Below are positions 24,769-39,400 of a stretch of DNA of 64,000 nt, piece by piece. A model generated the notes under the pieces. It saw only the letters and a program-made list of their open reading frames with translations, was not told the origin of the DNA and did not search any database. The stretch lies in assembly GCF_002113885.1 (NCBI RefSeq), contig NW_018408913.1, forward strand, positions 451,537-515,536, given 5' to 3'. A program made the position numbers and the translations under genes. This DNA comes from Mizuhopecten yessoensis (Eukaryota). How positions within the stretch are numbered: the first letter of the stretch is position 1; each line of letters opens with the position of its first letter.

Positions 24769-26996
24769 CGTTCGTTCCTCTTGTTTTGTTGTTCCTCTTG
24801 TTACAGTCGTTCCTTCCTCTTGTTTTGTTGTTTCTCTTGTTACAGTCGTTCCTTCCTCTTGTTTTGTTGTTTCTCATGTAACAGTTGTTCCTTCCTCTTG
24901 TTTTGTTGTTTCTCTTGTTACAGTCGTTCCTTCCTCTTGTTTTGTTGTTTCTCTTGTTACAGTCGTTCCTTCCTCTTGTTTTGTTGTTTCTCTTGTTACA
25001 GTCGTTCCTTCCTCTTGTTTTGTTGTTTCTCTTGTTACAGTCGTTCCTTCCTCTTGTTTTGTTGTTTCTCTTGTTACAGTCGTTCCTTCCTCTTGTTTTG
25101 TTGTTTCTCTTGTTACAGTCGTTCCTTCCTCTTGTTTTGTTGTTTCTCTTGTTACAGTCGTTCCTTCCTCTTGTTTTGTTGTTTCTCTTGTTACAGTCGT
25201 TCCTTCCTCTTGTTTTGTTGTTTCTCTTGTTACAGTCGTTCCTTCCTCTTGTTTTGTTGTTTCTCTTGTTACAGTCGTTCCTTCCTCTTGTTTTGTTGTT
25301 TCTCTTGTTACAGTCGTTCCTTCCTCTTGTTTTGTTGTTTCTCTTGTTACAGTCGTTCCTTCCTCTTGTTTTGTTGTTTCTCTTGTTACAGTCGTTCCTT
25401 CCTCTTGTTTTGTTGTTTCTCTTGTTACAGTCGTTCCTTCCTCTTGTTTTGTTGTTTCTCTTGTTACAGTCGTTCCTTCCTCTTGTTTTGTTGTTTCTCT
25501 TGTTACAGTCGTTCCTTCCTCTTGTTTTGTTGTTTCTCTTGTTACAGTCGTTCCTTCCTCTTGTTTTGTTGTTTCTCTTGTTACAGTCGTTCCTTCCTCT
25601 TGTTTTGTTGTTTCTCTTGTTACAGTCGTTCCTTCCTCTTGTTTTGTTGTTTCTCTTGTTACAGTCGTTCCTTCCTCTTGTTTTGTTGTTTCTCTTGTTA
25701 CAGTCGTTCCTTCCTCTTGTTTTGTTGTTTCTCTTGTTACAGTCGTTCCTTCCTCTTGTTTTGTTGTTTCTCTTGTTACAGTCGTTCCTTCCTCTTGTTT
25801 TGTTGTTTCTCTTGTTACAGTCGTTCCTTCCTCTTGTTTTGTTGTTTCTCTTGTTACAGTCGTTCCTTCCTCTTGTTTTGTTGTTTCTCTTGTTACAGTC
25901 GTTCCTTCCTCTTGTTTTGTTGTTTCTCTTGTTACAGTCGTTCCTTCCTCTTGTTTTGTTGTTTCTCTTGTTACAGTCGTTCCTTCCTCTTGTTTTGTTG
26001 TTTCTCTTGTTACAGTCGTTCCTTCCTCTTGTTTTGTTGTTTCTCTTGTTACAGTCGTTCCTTCCTCTTGTTTTGTTGTTTCTCTTGTTACAGTCGTTCC
26101 TTCCTCTTGTTTTGTTGTTTCTCTTGTTACAGTCGTTCCTTCCTCTTGTTTTGTTGTTTCTCTTGTTACAGTCGTTCCTTCCTCTTGTTTTGTTGTTTCT
26201 CTTGTTACAGTCGTTCCTTCCTCTTGTTTTGTTGTTTCTCTTGTTACAGTCGTTCCTTCCTCTTGTTTTGTTGTTTCTCTTGTTACAGTCGTTCCTTCCT
26301 CTTGTTTTGTTGTTTCTCTTGTTACAGTCGTTCCTTCCTCTTGTTTTGTTGTTTCTCTTGTTACAGTCGTTCCTTCCTCTTGTTTTGTTGTTTCTCTTGT
26401 TACAGTCGTTCCTTCCTCTTGTTTTGTTGTTTCTCTTGTTACAGTCGTTCCTTCCTCTTGTTTTGTTGTTTCTCTTGTTACAGTCGTTCCTTCCTCTTGT
26501 TTTGTTGTTTCTCTTGTTACAGTCGTTCCTTCCTCTTGTTTTGTTGTTTCTCTTGTTACAGTCGTTCCTTCCTCTTGTTTTGTTGTTTCTCTTGTTACAG
26601 TCGTTCCTTCCTCTTGTTTTGTTGTTTCTCTTGTTACAGTCGTTCCTTCCTCTTGTTTTGTTGTTTCTCTTGTTACAGTCGTTCCTTCCTCTTGTTTTGT
26701 TGTTTCTCTTGTTACAGTCGTTCCTTCCTCTTGTTTTGTTGTTTCTCTTGTTACAGTCGTTCCTTCCTCTTGTTTTGTTGTTTCTCTTGTTACAGTCGTT
26801 CCTTCCTCTTGTTTTGTTGTTTCTCTTGTTACAGTTGTTCCTTCCTCTTGTTTTGTTGTTTCCCTTGTTACAGTCGTTCCTTCCTCTTGTTTTGTTGTTT
26901 CCCTTGTTACAGTCGTTCCTTCCTCTTGTTTTATTGTTTCATTTGTTACAGTCGTTCCTTTCTCTTGTTTTGTTGTTTCTAATATAACAGTCGTTC
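24769..26996. repeat. 39-bp minisatellite, ~57 near-perfect copies
   Basis: Unit GTCGTTCCTTCCTCTTGTTTTGTTGTTTCTCTTGTTACA; variants only at the array edges. Confidence 0.98.
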
Positions 26997-28317
26997 TTTT
27001 CCTTGTTTTTTGTGTCTCTTGTTACACTTGTTATTTTTATTGTTTCTTCTCTGTTTGTTTTTGTTTGACAGTGACTTTTTATTTCAATATCTCTTCACCT
27101 GTAACAGTGGCCCTTTGTAAATATATCGATAACCTGGTCGAGTTACGAGTCTATATATATATAAAAAAAAAATCTCAGTTTATTGCTAAAACGGTTTTGA
27201 ACCATATTGTCAGATGTGAAGCAAAAAATAATAATAATTTGGAATTCAGTGTTCTTTTGTTGTTACTGTCATTCCTGTTTCAACTGAGAAAAGATGCATG
27301 TTTTGATAACAAATATCCGCATCCAAGTGCACACTATTAAAAAAGACACTTAAAGTGCATGCTGCTAATTATGCTTGAACATTACAAAGAAGTGAATAGC
27401 CGGATTTTGTGTCGTAATTAATATTCTCTTTGCGGCAGTCCACGAGTGTTCAGTTATAAGGCTAATTAAGCCGACAAGGACCAGCATTCCAAGACAGCTG
27501 TAAGACTAATACTCTGGAATCCCAGGCACAAGTACACATCGTAGTGCCTGACCAAGTTTTGGAGTGCCACGTACTTGTATGGTTACATTCATATCAGAAA
27601 TGAGGAAATCTTATCTGATCGGAAAATCATGCGGGTCCTTCTGCTGCACCAGAAACGTTTTCGAGGCATAAGGGAATTGTTGTGATTTCATTTTCAGAAA
27701 ACCTGTACACTGTGATGTGTCTCATAGTTCTTCTTAAGGACCAAGCTGCATAGAGTCATAGTATGTTCAAATAAATGACATTGACCTCACATTCAGGACA
27801 TCGGTTCAAATCAAATGACTTATTTTCAAGAACTGTAATAAGAAGCTAAGTTGGGTAACGGTTTATCGGTTTGTTTGTTCATTCGTTCAATATTTATCAG
27901 TTTTGTACAAATGAATGACTGTCTCTGTAGGTCACAGAGGTCAAATGTGTTCTATCAATAAATCAATATACCAAGGTTAACGAGAAGCGCTCAAAGGTTA
28001 GTTCAAAGGAATGACAATGTCGTACCTTCAATATCACAGAGGTCAAATGTGTTTTAAAAATGCAAATGTCTTTTCCCAGTGAATCACGAAGCACATATTA
28101 ATGCTACTTTGCCAGTAACTTGCATATATGAACGTCTGTTTAAATGAATTACCTAGAAGTGTATTCAACGTTACAGCGGTCAAACATATTGAAAATTCCA
28201 AACAACTCTGCTAAAGAACCACAATACATTAAAAAACCTTTATAGCCTGTATCTTTCAGGGGTGAAGGGCCGATACTAAAATCAAACATGACCGCCGTAG
28301 TCTTTTGATTGGCTTAA

Positions 28318-28475
28318 AGGGGACATCACGATAATCATAGTAAAATTATTCATTTTTATGAATAGATTTCAGAAAATCCGACCGTTATTTTCCATAAGGA
28401 GACTCCATTGATATGTTTATGTAGTTTGAAAAAAAGAAAGACAAAAAATACATATACTTCACCGTGATGTCCCCT
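28318..28475. mobile_element. 158-bp MITE with TTAA target duplication (Kolobok-type AG...CT termini)
   Basis: ttaa|AGGGGACATCACG ... CGTGATGTCCCCT|ttaa: perfect 13-bp TIRs. Confidence 0.85.
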
Positions 28476-30867
28476 TTAATTAAAGTTTTCTGCATTAAAT
28501 ATATTTGTAAAAACATGTCAATATAGCGACACATACTAGAGAAACAGGTCCCTAGGGCCTCTTGTTATATCAATGAGGTTGACGTCTGACATGGCGATAA
28601 AAGTGATGACATTATCAAAATAATGAGACCATATCCCGACAAATTAGTGACGTCATTAATGGAGTGAAGACACTGTATTTAATACATAAGTAAACTTTAT
28701 TTCGCAACAGACATTGGCGGTTTGTTAGATATCCTCTCAAGTGAGATCATCATAAATCAACAGTACCGTGTATGTCCCCTCTGTTGTAACTCGACAGGGC
28801 AGGGTAAACATGCACTGATCACGTGACCTATATGGCGTTACCTTTGATTAGACTTTCAAGATATTCCACTTGCCGGCACAAGTTTGCTCTCCTGTACACG
28901 AGGGTTATAGAGAGGTATAATAGGCACTAGGAAAGTATTAGTGGGGTGATTAAGACAAATCATTACGGCAATGGCTGAACAGCGAGTGTCTATCAACGAC
29001 TACTTCTAGACCATCATTCAGTTCATAGAGGCCAAACTGTCAGACTACATATACAAATGTATTCAACAAAATCATGTTTACGAACCCAGGAATTTACAAA
29101 CCAATAGCCAAGAGAGGGAGTAGAAAACATATTAATATACATCTCCTATTTTTACTCTTTATAAAAGTAACTTGATACAATTATTATGTAACTGCTTTTG
29201 CCCTGACTTTGCTGTGCAGGGAGTTAGTCCTGTATCAGAATGTTAGTCCGAACGCTAAAACACTACTGCAGACTAATTAACACGGCAGTTTCCGTAGCAT
29301 CAAAGAGCCAATCAGGTTAGAGGAACAGAAACTTGTATTGACCTGTCCCTAGTTATCGATCGTGAGACAAACAGCAGACGACAATAGACAATTATGGCTC
29401 TCGATTTTTATTGTTGTTTATTTTAATTAATATATTAATATATATTATTTTTTTAAATTGCAACTAGAATATCAGGTCTATTTTTCTCAATGGAAGTAAC
29501 CCGTTAAGTTTGTAAGTCCGACAACTAAAACAGAAATGTAGACTTAATCCCCGGCTGTTTCCGTTTACCTTCCTTGCGGATATGACCAAGCCAATCGATC
29601 AGGTGAGAGATGGGCGGAACTTAAAAATGACCTTTCCCGGTTGTTATCGACCGTGAGACAAACGCGACTCTCAGTAGGTTTTGGGAAACTGCTGTCGAAA
29701 AAGCTGAACTTCAAAATAAATACGATTTTTACGATTTGAATAGGTAAAATAAAATAATTAAAGTCTATTTTTGAAGAATAAAATAAGTTTCTGATTTCTC
29801 GCAGCCAGGGCTGTTTCCTTCGCTCCACCTTAGGAAATATACCCGGTTTCTGTGAACAGGAAACTTGCTAAATCCCTCAATACAGGCCCACACAAGCCAA
29901 CCAGACCTCATCAAGGTTCTAGACGTCACATAACTCAATGGTTGGTAACTGTTGTTCTCTATCAATGGAGTGGGGGAGTCAAGTATTTCAAACTAACGTT
30001 GTGTGATTCTAATGTCCTCACTATCTACGGGTACCGAGTTAATAGATCGAGGACACGTCGAGTTGATACCTATTGCTTACCTACTATTGTATAGACCTAT
30101 ACATGCGTGTCAGTTGTACATGTGTCGGAAACAATTAACACACCCATATTTAATGCTGTATTATGAATAAACTGTACAGTATATAGATTTTAACTACGTG
30201 ATATAAAAACCAACCAAGTCCTAGGACACCGGTGTCAGTTCATGCTGATTTCGTCGACGGTTGGCGTGACGGAGGTTCGTTGTCACTGAATCATTGAGAC
30301 AATTCTGTTGTTGGCCCAAACACTTCATTAACAAGCTGGCGGTATTATATTGATGTACGCCGTAACGCGAGACGTTATCTGTCAATAAAACTGCCTCTGA
30401 ATACAAATACATGTATTAAGGACAAACAAGAAAATTGGATCATTATTTTCCTCATTAAAAATGTAATAATATTCAAATTTTGCTGATCAATTGTGAAGCT
30501 TCAAACTTTTACGATGTGAAACCTGAAAATAAAATATAGTCTTTTTAAATTGATAAATTGATAAAAGACTGATTTACATATCAAGTCAATCGACTGTACA
30601 CATGCATTTTTAATACACACGGAATAGAGTGAATAGTCATTGATATTGAAATGTTCCTGCTCAATTATACATCTGGATTTGGAATATAGAAAACATTGAC
30701 AGGTAAATTCGTATAAAATGGTTGATATTGGCACAATAAATGTATATAATCAAGCTATCAACTGCATTCCTTTTTCAATACGAACATTATCTATAGTATC
30801 ACAAAGGATCCGTGTGTCAGCTGTAGCAACACGCTGTAATAATACACCGAGGAAGGAAGATATCGTC

Positions 30868-32170
30868 CCTTGGTACACCGGTACACTGGGGCAGACACCC
30901 GTTACACTGGTACACCAAGGGAAGGTAGCCCGTGACCGATACACCGGTACACGAACTGAAGACACCCGATATACTGGTACACCAAGGAAAGGTAGCCCGT
31001 CCCCGGTACAGTGGGGGAAGACATTCGATACACTGGTACACCAATGAAAGGTGGGCCCGTGCCCGGTACACTGGGGAAAGACACCCGATACATTGGTACA
31101 CCAAGGAAAGGTAGCCCGTGCCCGTTACACCGGTATACTGAAGGAAGACATCTGATACACTGGTACACCAATGGAAAGTAGCCCGTCGCCGGTACAGTGG
31201 GGGAAGACATTCGATAAACTGTTACACCAAGGAAAGATGGACCCGTCCCCGGTACACCGGTACACTGGGGGAAGACACCCGATACACTGGTATACCAAGG
31301 GAAGGTTGCCCGTCCCCGGTACAGTGGGAAAGACATTCCATACACTGGTACACCAAGGAAAGATGGACCCGTCCCCGGTTCACCGGTACACTGGGGGAGG
31401 ACACCCGATACACTGGCACACCAAGGAAAGGTAGCCCGTCCCCGGTACAGTGGGAAAGACACCATATACCCTGGCACACCAAGGTAAGGTAACCCGTCCC
31501 CGGTGCACCGGAACACTGGCACACTGGGGGAAGACATTCGATTCACTGGTACGCCAGGGGAAGGTAGTCTGTCAACCGGTACACCAGGGGAATGTAGTCT
31601 GTATACCGGTGCACCAGGGGAAGGTAGTCTGTCTACCGGTACACCAGGGGAAGGTAGTCTGTCTACCGGTACACTGGGTGAAGGTAGTCTGTCTACCGGT
31701 ACACTGGGTGAAGGTCGTCCGTCTACCGTTACACCAGGGGAAGGTAGTCTGTCTACCGTTACACTAGGGGAAGGTAGTCCGTCTACCGTTACACCAGGGG
31801 AAGATAGTCTGTCTATGGTACACCACGGGAAGGTTATCCTTATACTGGTAAATGGGGAAGATAAATTGTAGCTTGTACGCCGGTGCAACAGAGGAAGAAA
31901 GTTCGTCTACTGGTACACCAGGGGAATGTAGTCCGTTTACCGGTACACCAGGGGAAGGTAGTCTGTCTACCGGTCCGTTTACCGGTACACCAGGGGAAGG
32001 TAATCTTTCTACCGGTACACCAGGGGACGGTAGTCCGTCTACCGGTACACCAGGGAAAGGTTATCTGTCTACTAGTACACCGAGGGAAAGGTAGCCCGTC
32101 TACTGGTACACCAGGGGAATGTAGTCCGTCTACCGGTACACCGGGAGAAGTTCACCCATAGACTGGTACA
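30868..32170. repeat. Composite GC-rich tandem repeat (longer irregular units grading into 30-bp units)
   Basis: Recurrent GGTACACC core; from ~31545 the unit is TACCGGTACACCAGGGGAAGGTAGTCTGTC. Confidence 0.9.
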
Positions 32171-32340
32171 TGGGAAGCAAGGGAAGATAGCCCGTCCACT
32201 GGAATAGTCCATCCACGCTAATTGGCGGTGCTGTTTATAATAAGATAGTAACACAGATGGTACGAGCATGGTTCTGCTGTAATACAAACCATGCCCCTCA
32301 GTCGGTGCTAACTCGGGTCAGGTATGACCTCCAGCCAGGC

Positions 32341-32390
32341 GTGACGTCACTCTGGTACCAATTGTATCTGAGCGCACGTGTGTATATATA
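32341..32390 (+). promoter_or_regulatory. Candidate promoter of the K2P gene: CRE, E-box, TATA
   Basis: Perfect palindrome GTGACGTCAC at 32341-32350, CACGTG at 32375-32380 and TATATATA at 32383-32390, about 1 kb upstream of the ATG. Confidence 0.45.
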
Positions 32391-33400
32391 TTGGAGCTGT
32401 ATCGACTCTATACAGTAGTACGGTACTGAGGCTGAACTACGACTGTCCGGTGATGAGATAGACATCCGGGCAGTAGAGGCATGACTCTCTCTAGTTTATT
32501 GTTTTTATTCTATCGGAATTCGTCTTCGAAAATGAATACTATTATATAAAGGAATTAAGATAATGGTGATATAGAAAATATATATGTATGTGATGATAAC
32601 TGTTTTGTCCTGTGTACATGTTTAAACTTCAAAGATTTCCTGTGGTAGCCGTGATGTACAATAGTAACACAGCGATACCCGTTTCCAATTTCCGCCGTTA
32701 ATTGGCAGAGCGCTGGATTCTTCTTACCTGTGGATGCCGATAGCCGCGATCCTTGGTGACAGTAGCGAATCGCTCCACCACACTGTCTACGGAAACACCG
32801 ACAACGATAGCGGATCTGGCACTACTTTTACTACCCAGTATTTTAAGAAAGCTACTCTAAGTTTACATCAGTGACATTCGGATGGTATCCGGTATATACA
32901 TTGGCAGTACATGTGTATTTGTTCTGGACATAATCCAGTGTGATTATAAACATGGTTCTTGTACATGTGCATTGTATTCACATTTGGTACTTCAAAGCGG
33001 TTCCTACATCATGGTGTGTTTGCGTGGGCTAAGTTTATAATTGATCAGGATTTTTGTTAACATGTTGCTGGATTTTATAAAAAAATAAATGACTGTTCGA
33101 TGACCAAAGGTTGAGTGTACGGATTTTACTTCACTAGAACAAATGGCGTGTTTCGAGCGCCACAAACAGAAACATCCTCTGTGGTGTTAATATTTACACA
33201 ACAGTAAAATCAAAGCGTTTAATTTCCTTTGTTTTGTTTCACGAACAACACCATTTGTCGTGTATTCTAAATAGTGTGTTGGCACACTGCCGTGAAAGTT
33301 AGCTGTAACTTTTTATATTTTGTAAAATTATCACAGATGTTCGACGTCATATTTTGAAGATAGCCTTTAGACGGTGACGTTATAAGCCTGCGACATCACA

Positions 33401-36400
33401 ATGGATCCCGGTCCGACATGGAAGAAGATGTTACCACTGTCCATCATTGTGATCATTTTTCTATGTACCGGGGCACTCGTGTTCAGCGCCCTGGAAGGCG
33501 ACCCGGAACTGGAGAGGCGACAGGTGCTTAGGGAATACCTCAACAGGTTTCTCAGTAAGTATTCTGCGTTTTACGTCTTAAACCCATCTTACATCAATCT
33601 ATTCCTTCAAACTTAATGTTCTATTTGTGTATGCTCCAACAACTTCTTTTGTAATAACCCAGTTATATATATATGTACCCCCCCNATTGATACTATATTG
33701 TGTCCCTGCTTATGAGAGATATACCGTTACAAAATCGATTAAAACACGATCCTGAATAGTTCATAGTTAAATAAAACATCTGGGTATGTGTACTTCCTTG
33801 TATTTTGGTTTTCGTTTTACTTGCTTTCTTTGCATTCAATATTTCCATTGACCCATCGTTTCCATCTCTATATAAATATATAAAAAAATCTAATGTCGCT
33901 ATTTTAATATAACCAGCTTGATGTGCAGAACATGTTATACCGTTTCTTCCCTTCCTACTAACACAAACTAGAACTGTATTTCCCTTCACGAAACAAACTG
34001 ATGTAGCCTGTAATAATTCGTATCAATGTAAGATATTTCTTACAATGCGGGGATCATTAACTCTAACAAAGCATCGACATGCTTCACTTTCTGCCGGGTG
34101 TAACGACACTGTTTCAATGAGATATTAGTTTAACACAATGTTTCAGTGTGCTCTCGGTGTAACGACGGGATCAATGAGTTCTCTGTGTTACGATACGGTT
34201 TCAATTAGTTTTCAGTGTTATCATTGGCTATTTCCGTATATCTTACGTCCAAGGTTCATGTACTAAATTACAAGATAATAAAGAGCATTCGTCCAACGCC
34301 AATTGCCGTATCTTATACCTGACTCAACATATAATACGGGTTTTCCGTTTTCGTTATGATTTGTATTCCCAGCTATTTTTTTGTCTAATTGGCCGATTCG
34401 CTATTGATATTGTATATTATGGATATTTTTGTTATAGTTTTTTTTCGGTATTCTTGCTTCCACGTTTTGTTGAACAAATTTTAGCTGTTTACTATCTCCC
34501 ATCACCAATAATCAGTTTTGTTTTATAGATAAACTACATAATTTAGTTTCTGTAGGTGTTTTAATCTCAATTCAGTGCTCACATCTGATTAAATCATGTT
34601 TAAACTTCAAGGGGGCTCAGGAAACAAGTAATATGTATCTACTGTGAATCCAACTGTTCAAAATGCAGATGTACTGCTACAGTATCTAGATACTCATCAG
34701 CCTTTCCTTGCCGGTAGCTGCACGTCGTTCTCTGCGTGGAAACAAGCAGTGCTCTCCTGCAGTATTAGACAGGTGTCCTGACACAGGAAAATTAAATTTT
34801 ACTCAGTGTTATGGTAATTTGGAAAAAAACGATTAAATACGTAAACATCTTTTCAGGTCAGCTTTCTAACTTCATCATGGTGGTAAAATTAATTCACGAG
34901 TTTTGTATTATTATCAGTAATCACAGACAGAGGTCTACATAGCACCAGACTTGTGTAAATCGCAATCTGGTTTTCGTAATTCACCAGGTAATTATCTAAT
35001 ATTTCGCAAGTAGCCTCTTTCCAATAAGGTCATTGACCCTAATTTCTACTTATAGTACATCGCTGCTGTTATTTGATAACGCCTATTTTGACGAAGCAAA
35101 ATTAGTCGCGAGAAAACGGCGTCATATGGCTTTCCTTTTTTCACGCCTTTTGGTAAGTGTGTTTAAGGAAATGACGATAGCAATGGCGGCAAGTGATGAT
35201 GGGGCCAAACAAAAGCAAACGTACAAGAAGTATGACGAAATCGATGGTATCCACTGATGACGAGGTCACACAACAGAAAATACATTGTTCTTATTACGAT
35301 GTTGTGAGCTGATGATGAGACGACACAACAGCAAAGGTCTAATAACGGCAGTGTCGATTGGTGGGGGTCACACAACAGCAAAGGTCTTATAACGGCGGTG
35401 TCGATTGGTGGGGGTCACACAGCAGCAATGGTCTTATAACGGCGGTGTCGATTGGTGGGGGTCACACAGCAGCAATGGTCTTATAACGGCAGTGTCGATT
35501 GGTGGGGGTCACACAACAGCAAAGGTCTTATAACGGCGGTGTCGATTGGTGGGGGTCACACAGCAGCAATGGTCTTATAACGGCGGTGTCGATTGGTGGG
35601 GGTCACACAGCAGCAATGGTCTTATAACGGCAGTGTCGATTGGTGGGGGTCACACAGCAGCAATGGTCTTATAACGGCGGTGTCGATTGGTGGGGGTCAC
35701 ACAGCAGCAATGGTCTTATAACGGCAGTGTCGATTGGTGGGGGTCACACAACAGCAAAGGTCTTATAACGGCGGTGTCGATTGGTGGGGGTCACACAACA
35801 GCAATGGTCTTATAACGGCGGTGTCGATTGGTGGGGGTCACACAACAGCAATGGTCTTATAACGGCGGTGTCGATTGGTGGGGGTCACACAACAGCAATG
35901 GTCTTATAACGGCGGTGTCGATTGGTGGGGGTCACACAACAGCAATGGTCTTATAACGGCGGTGTCGATTGGTGGGGGTCACACAACAGCAATGGTCTTA
36001 TAACGGCGGTGTCGATTGGTGGGGGTCACACAACAGCAATGGTCTTATAACGGCGGTGTCGATTGGTGGGGGTCACACAACAGCAATGGTCTTATAACGG
36101 CGGTGTCGATTGGTGGGGTCACACATTAACAAAGGTCTTATAACGGCGGTGTCGATTGGTGGGGGTCACACAACAGCAAAGGTCTTATAACGGCGGTGTC
36201 GATTGGTGGGGTCACACAACAGCAATGGTCTTATAACGGCGGTGTCGATTGGTGGGGTCACACATTAACAAAGGTCTTATAACGGCGGTGTCGATTGGTG
36301 GGGGTCACACAACAGCAAAGGTCTTATAACGGCGGTGTCGATTAGTGGGGTCATACAACAGCAATGGTCTTATAACACCAGTGTCGAATAGTGGGGTCAC

Positions 36401-39400
36401 ACAACAGCAAATTTCTGATGACAAAAGTGTTTGCTGTTACTAATGATGGGACAATGGAACAGCAAATGTCCAAAGGTCTCCATTGATAATTTGGACCAAC
36501 CAATTTCAAAGGTTTGGTCGTTTTAATTACTACAGAGCCCAACATCAGCAAAGGTCTTACGGCGGTTGTGACCATTGATGAAGAAGTGACCTTGTCCATT
36601 TGAACTACCATTTCGTGCATGTTATCCCATTGGTTACATTATGATAGATTGATAACAAGCTTACTACAGGTAGGTAGGGATACATCATCGAAAGAAAACT
36701 GTCTATAACCTAAAGAAAAATAAAGATAGAAGTCCAAAGTGTTACAACAGGGACACGCTTATATTTCTGCGGTGTCTCAAGTATGAGAGCACAACAAGAA
36801 CTCCACAATCTACGACCATTCACTCGAATATTTTTCCATGAACTGCTAAACAGATCTTTTCAATACCCAACGTCTTACGGCCGTTAAACCGTAGTTTCAC
36901 ACTGCAGTTGAAGGTCATGAGGACTTAAATTCCCACAAGTGTATCACTACAAAGGGTTTACAAATACACCAGGTATATAACGGAGTAACACTTGCAGGTT
37001 CGAGGAAAGAATAAGCCTGCTATACCTAACTGCATGTTATTTTAAAAGCGGATTAATGTGTGCTCCTGCAGAACTAGGGGTTTCTTCTGTGACAACAAAT
37101 AATTTGTTTCCTTTTCTCACTTTCTTCCACTTTCTTTGCGACGGTGTATCCCTAGGCAACCGTCTTTATATCACATGACCTGTTACAAGCACGTTAACCA
37201 CAAACAAACAAACAAACAATGTAACTATATACATGTATATATATAATCTGGTCACGATAGCGGGAGGATTCTGAACGCAAGAATAAGACATCGGTGCCAA
37301 ATGTTTAATTCACAATAGAAATAACGACACGGACTTGTGCACACAGAATCTTCATCATTATGCCTAGTGATACTCATTTTGATCCCTACCCAACGAGAAA
37401 CATATCTTACGTCATCTGGTGGTGATACTCCACAGGGGTATGACTGCACAACAAATACTCGCTCGCAGAACTATTTTTGAAATTATGTTTTTACCTCAAA
37501 AAATGAGGTGCATGATACCTATTTACGTTAGCTCATAATTAAGATAGAAATCTGTCACATCTAGTAAAGTATCTCATTACAGCGATCGTAATTCTTTTGT
37601 GAACATTGGGCATTACTTACACCAAGAAATCACAGTATATGTTATGATGTAGCTTACGCATTAGGTAGATTTGATTGGATAACAGGCGACTGCCTGCGTG
37701 GATCTATCAGCGTATCTTCAATGTGTGGCTACGGGAGTTCGCACAGAATTGATGTATCATGTTGAGATCGGCGCAATTCACCAATGTACTTCCTCATCCA
37801 TGTATTTTTATAAGCGCTCGACGATAATATTTCAGCATAAAGTATAAAGTTTATTAACACAACATCTGAAACACGAAAGTGATTTGAACTGCTTACAGGC
37901 TTTTAAGTGCATGACAAACAAACGTCATAGAAGAAGAACATGTTTATTTATTTGCACTGCCATGGCATATCGCTGTTTGTACACCAAGTGTACGCTAAGA
38001 TGCACATTGATCGAGTTTTGTCTTACACGGATATTTTTCCTCCTTAGTAGAAAATATAGTCATTCGAAAACGTGCATAAACTAGGAACAACACCTTCACT
38101 CCTATCTCCTCGCTCTTCGACAGGATACACAGGGTAAGGGATACACAGCGATACTAGTACTCGTATCACTGCTGCCACAAAGGCCAGTTTGTTTGGAAAT
38201 AAATGACAAATAATCCTTGTCATTTTCACAAATAGTAATTTCACATCTCATTTGCCTAGTCATTGTCTATGTCTAGCAAGAAGTCGCATACCATGACATA
38301 AGTGTATATACTACGTCAAAATCATTATAACGGCTTATGTTACTTTCATGGGGTGATGAATTTTGTGGGTCTTAAGACTAATTTAATGTGCTGCCAATGT
38401 TGAGACGAATTTAATGAGGTACAAATACTGACACAAAAGTAATGAGCTACGAATGTTGAGATAAATTAAATGAGCTGCGAGTATTGAGATAAGTTTAATG
38501 AACTGTAAATGTGGAGAAAAAATCACTGATCTGCGAATATCGAGACAAATTTAATGATCTGTGAATGTTGAAGCAAATATAATGAACTAAAATTTTGACA
38601 CAAATTTAATGAGTTACGAATGTTGAGACAATTTAATGAACTGCGAATGTTGAGACAATTTAATAAGCTGCAACTATTGAGACATATTGAATGCTATGCG
38701 AATATGGAGACAAGTTTAATGAACTGCGAATGTTCAGACACATTTAATGAACTTCAAATGTTGTGACAAATTTAATGAACTACGAATATGGAGACAAGTT
38801 TAATGAACTGCGAATGTTCAGACACATTTAATGAACTACGAATATGGGGACAAATTTAATGAGCTGCGAATATTGAATTGGAAAGCCAACTTAATTCCTC
38901 ATTTTATGAGGTCGACTTAATCAATACCCAGTCCTTATATTTTAACTAAACACGTTTGTTTATACCTGGAACTTGTTTAAATCTACCATTTTGCGCTAGA
39001 TAAACTGGTGCATGTGCAAGTCTATGTTTAAATTTGATGTTACAATATTGTCCATCAATTAATGTTCTTCGTCATAACGGGAATAAATTATGAAGAAAGC
39101 AACAGTTTAATGAACTAACGCATATTATAACTATGCATGTTTTAAGTTGTCATCTGTAACGATAGCGTTTTTCATTAATTAACCCAAACAGTTTTACTAT
39201 TGCATCGAATGAATACTGGTTAAACGGTTTAAAACAGGCACGAATTCATACGGACAGGCAATGTTAATCTGGTCAATTTCATAGCCGAAGGTAGCTAACA
39301 AAATTTGATAGTTTCACTGAGTCTAACTTCAGTTGAAATTGACATATTACATAACATTAGCGGATTTTGAATGTTAATTCAGGTTTTGATTTGTTATATG

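Noticed and set aside
24781-26987. 733-aa and 700-aa ORFs
   Set aside because: They are translations of a perfect 39-bp repeat with non-ATG starts and no synonymous variation or splice context.
30718-32287. Overlapping Pro/Gly/Thr-rich ORFs
   Set aside because: They are repeat-derived, open on both strands and frameshift between units.
35254-35335. CTGATGA...GAAA hammerhead-like motif at the start of the 47-bp array
   Set aside because: No stem II or stem III pairing can be formed.
35336-36410. CRISPR-like appearance of the arrays
   Set aside because: Units are contiguous with no unique spacers; eukaryotic context; no cas genes.
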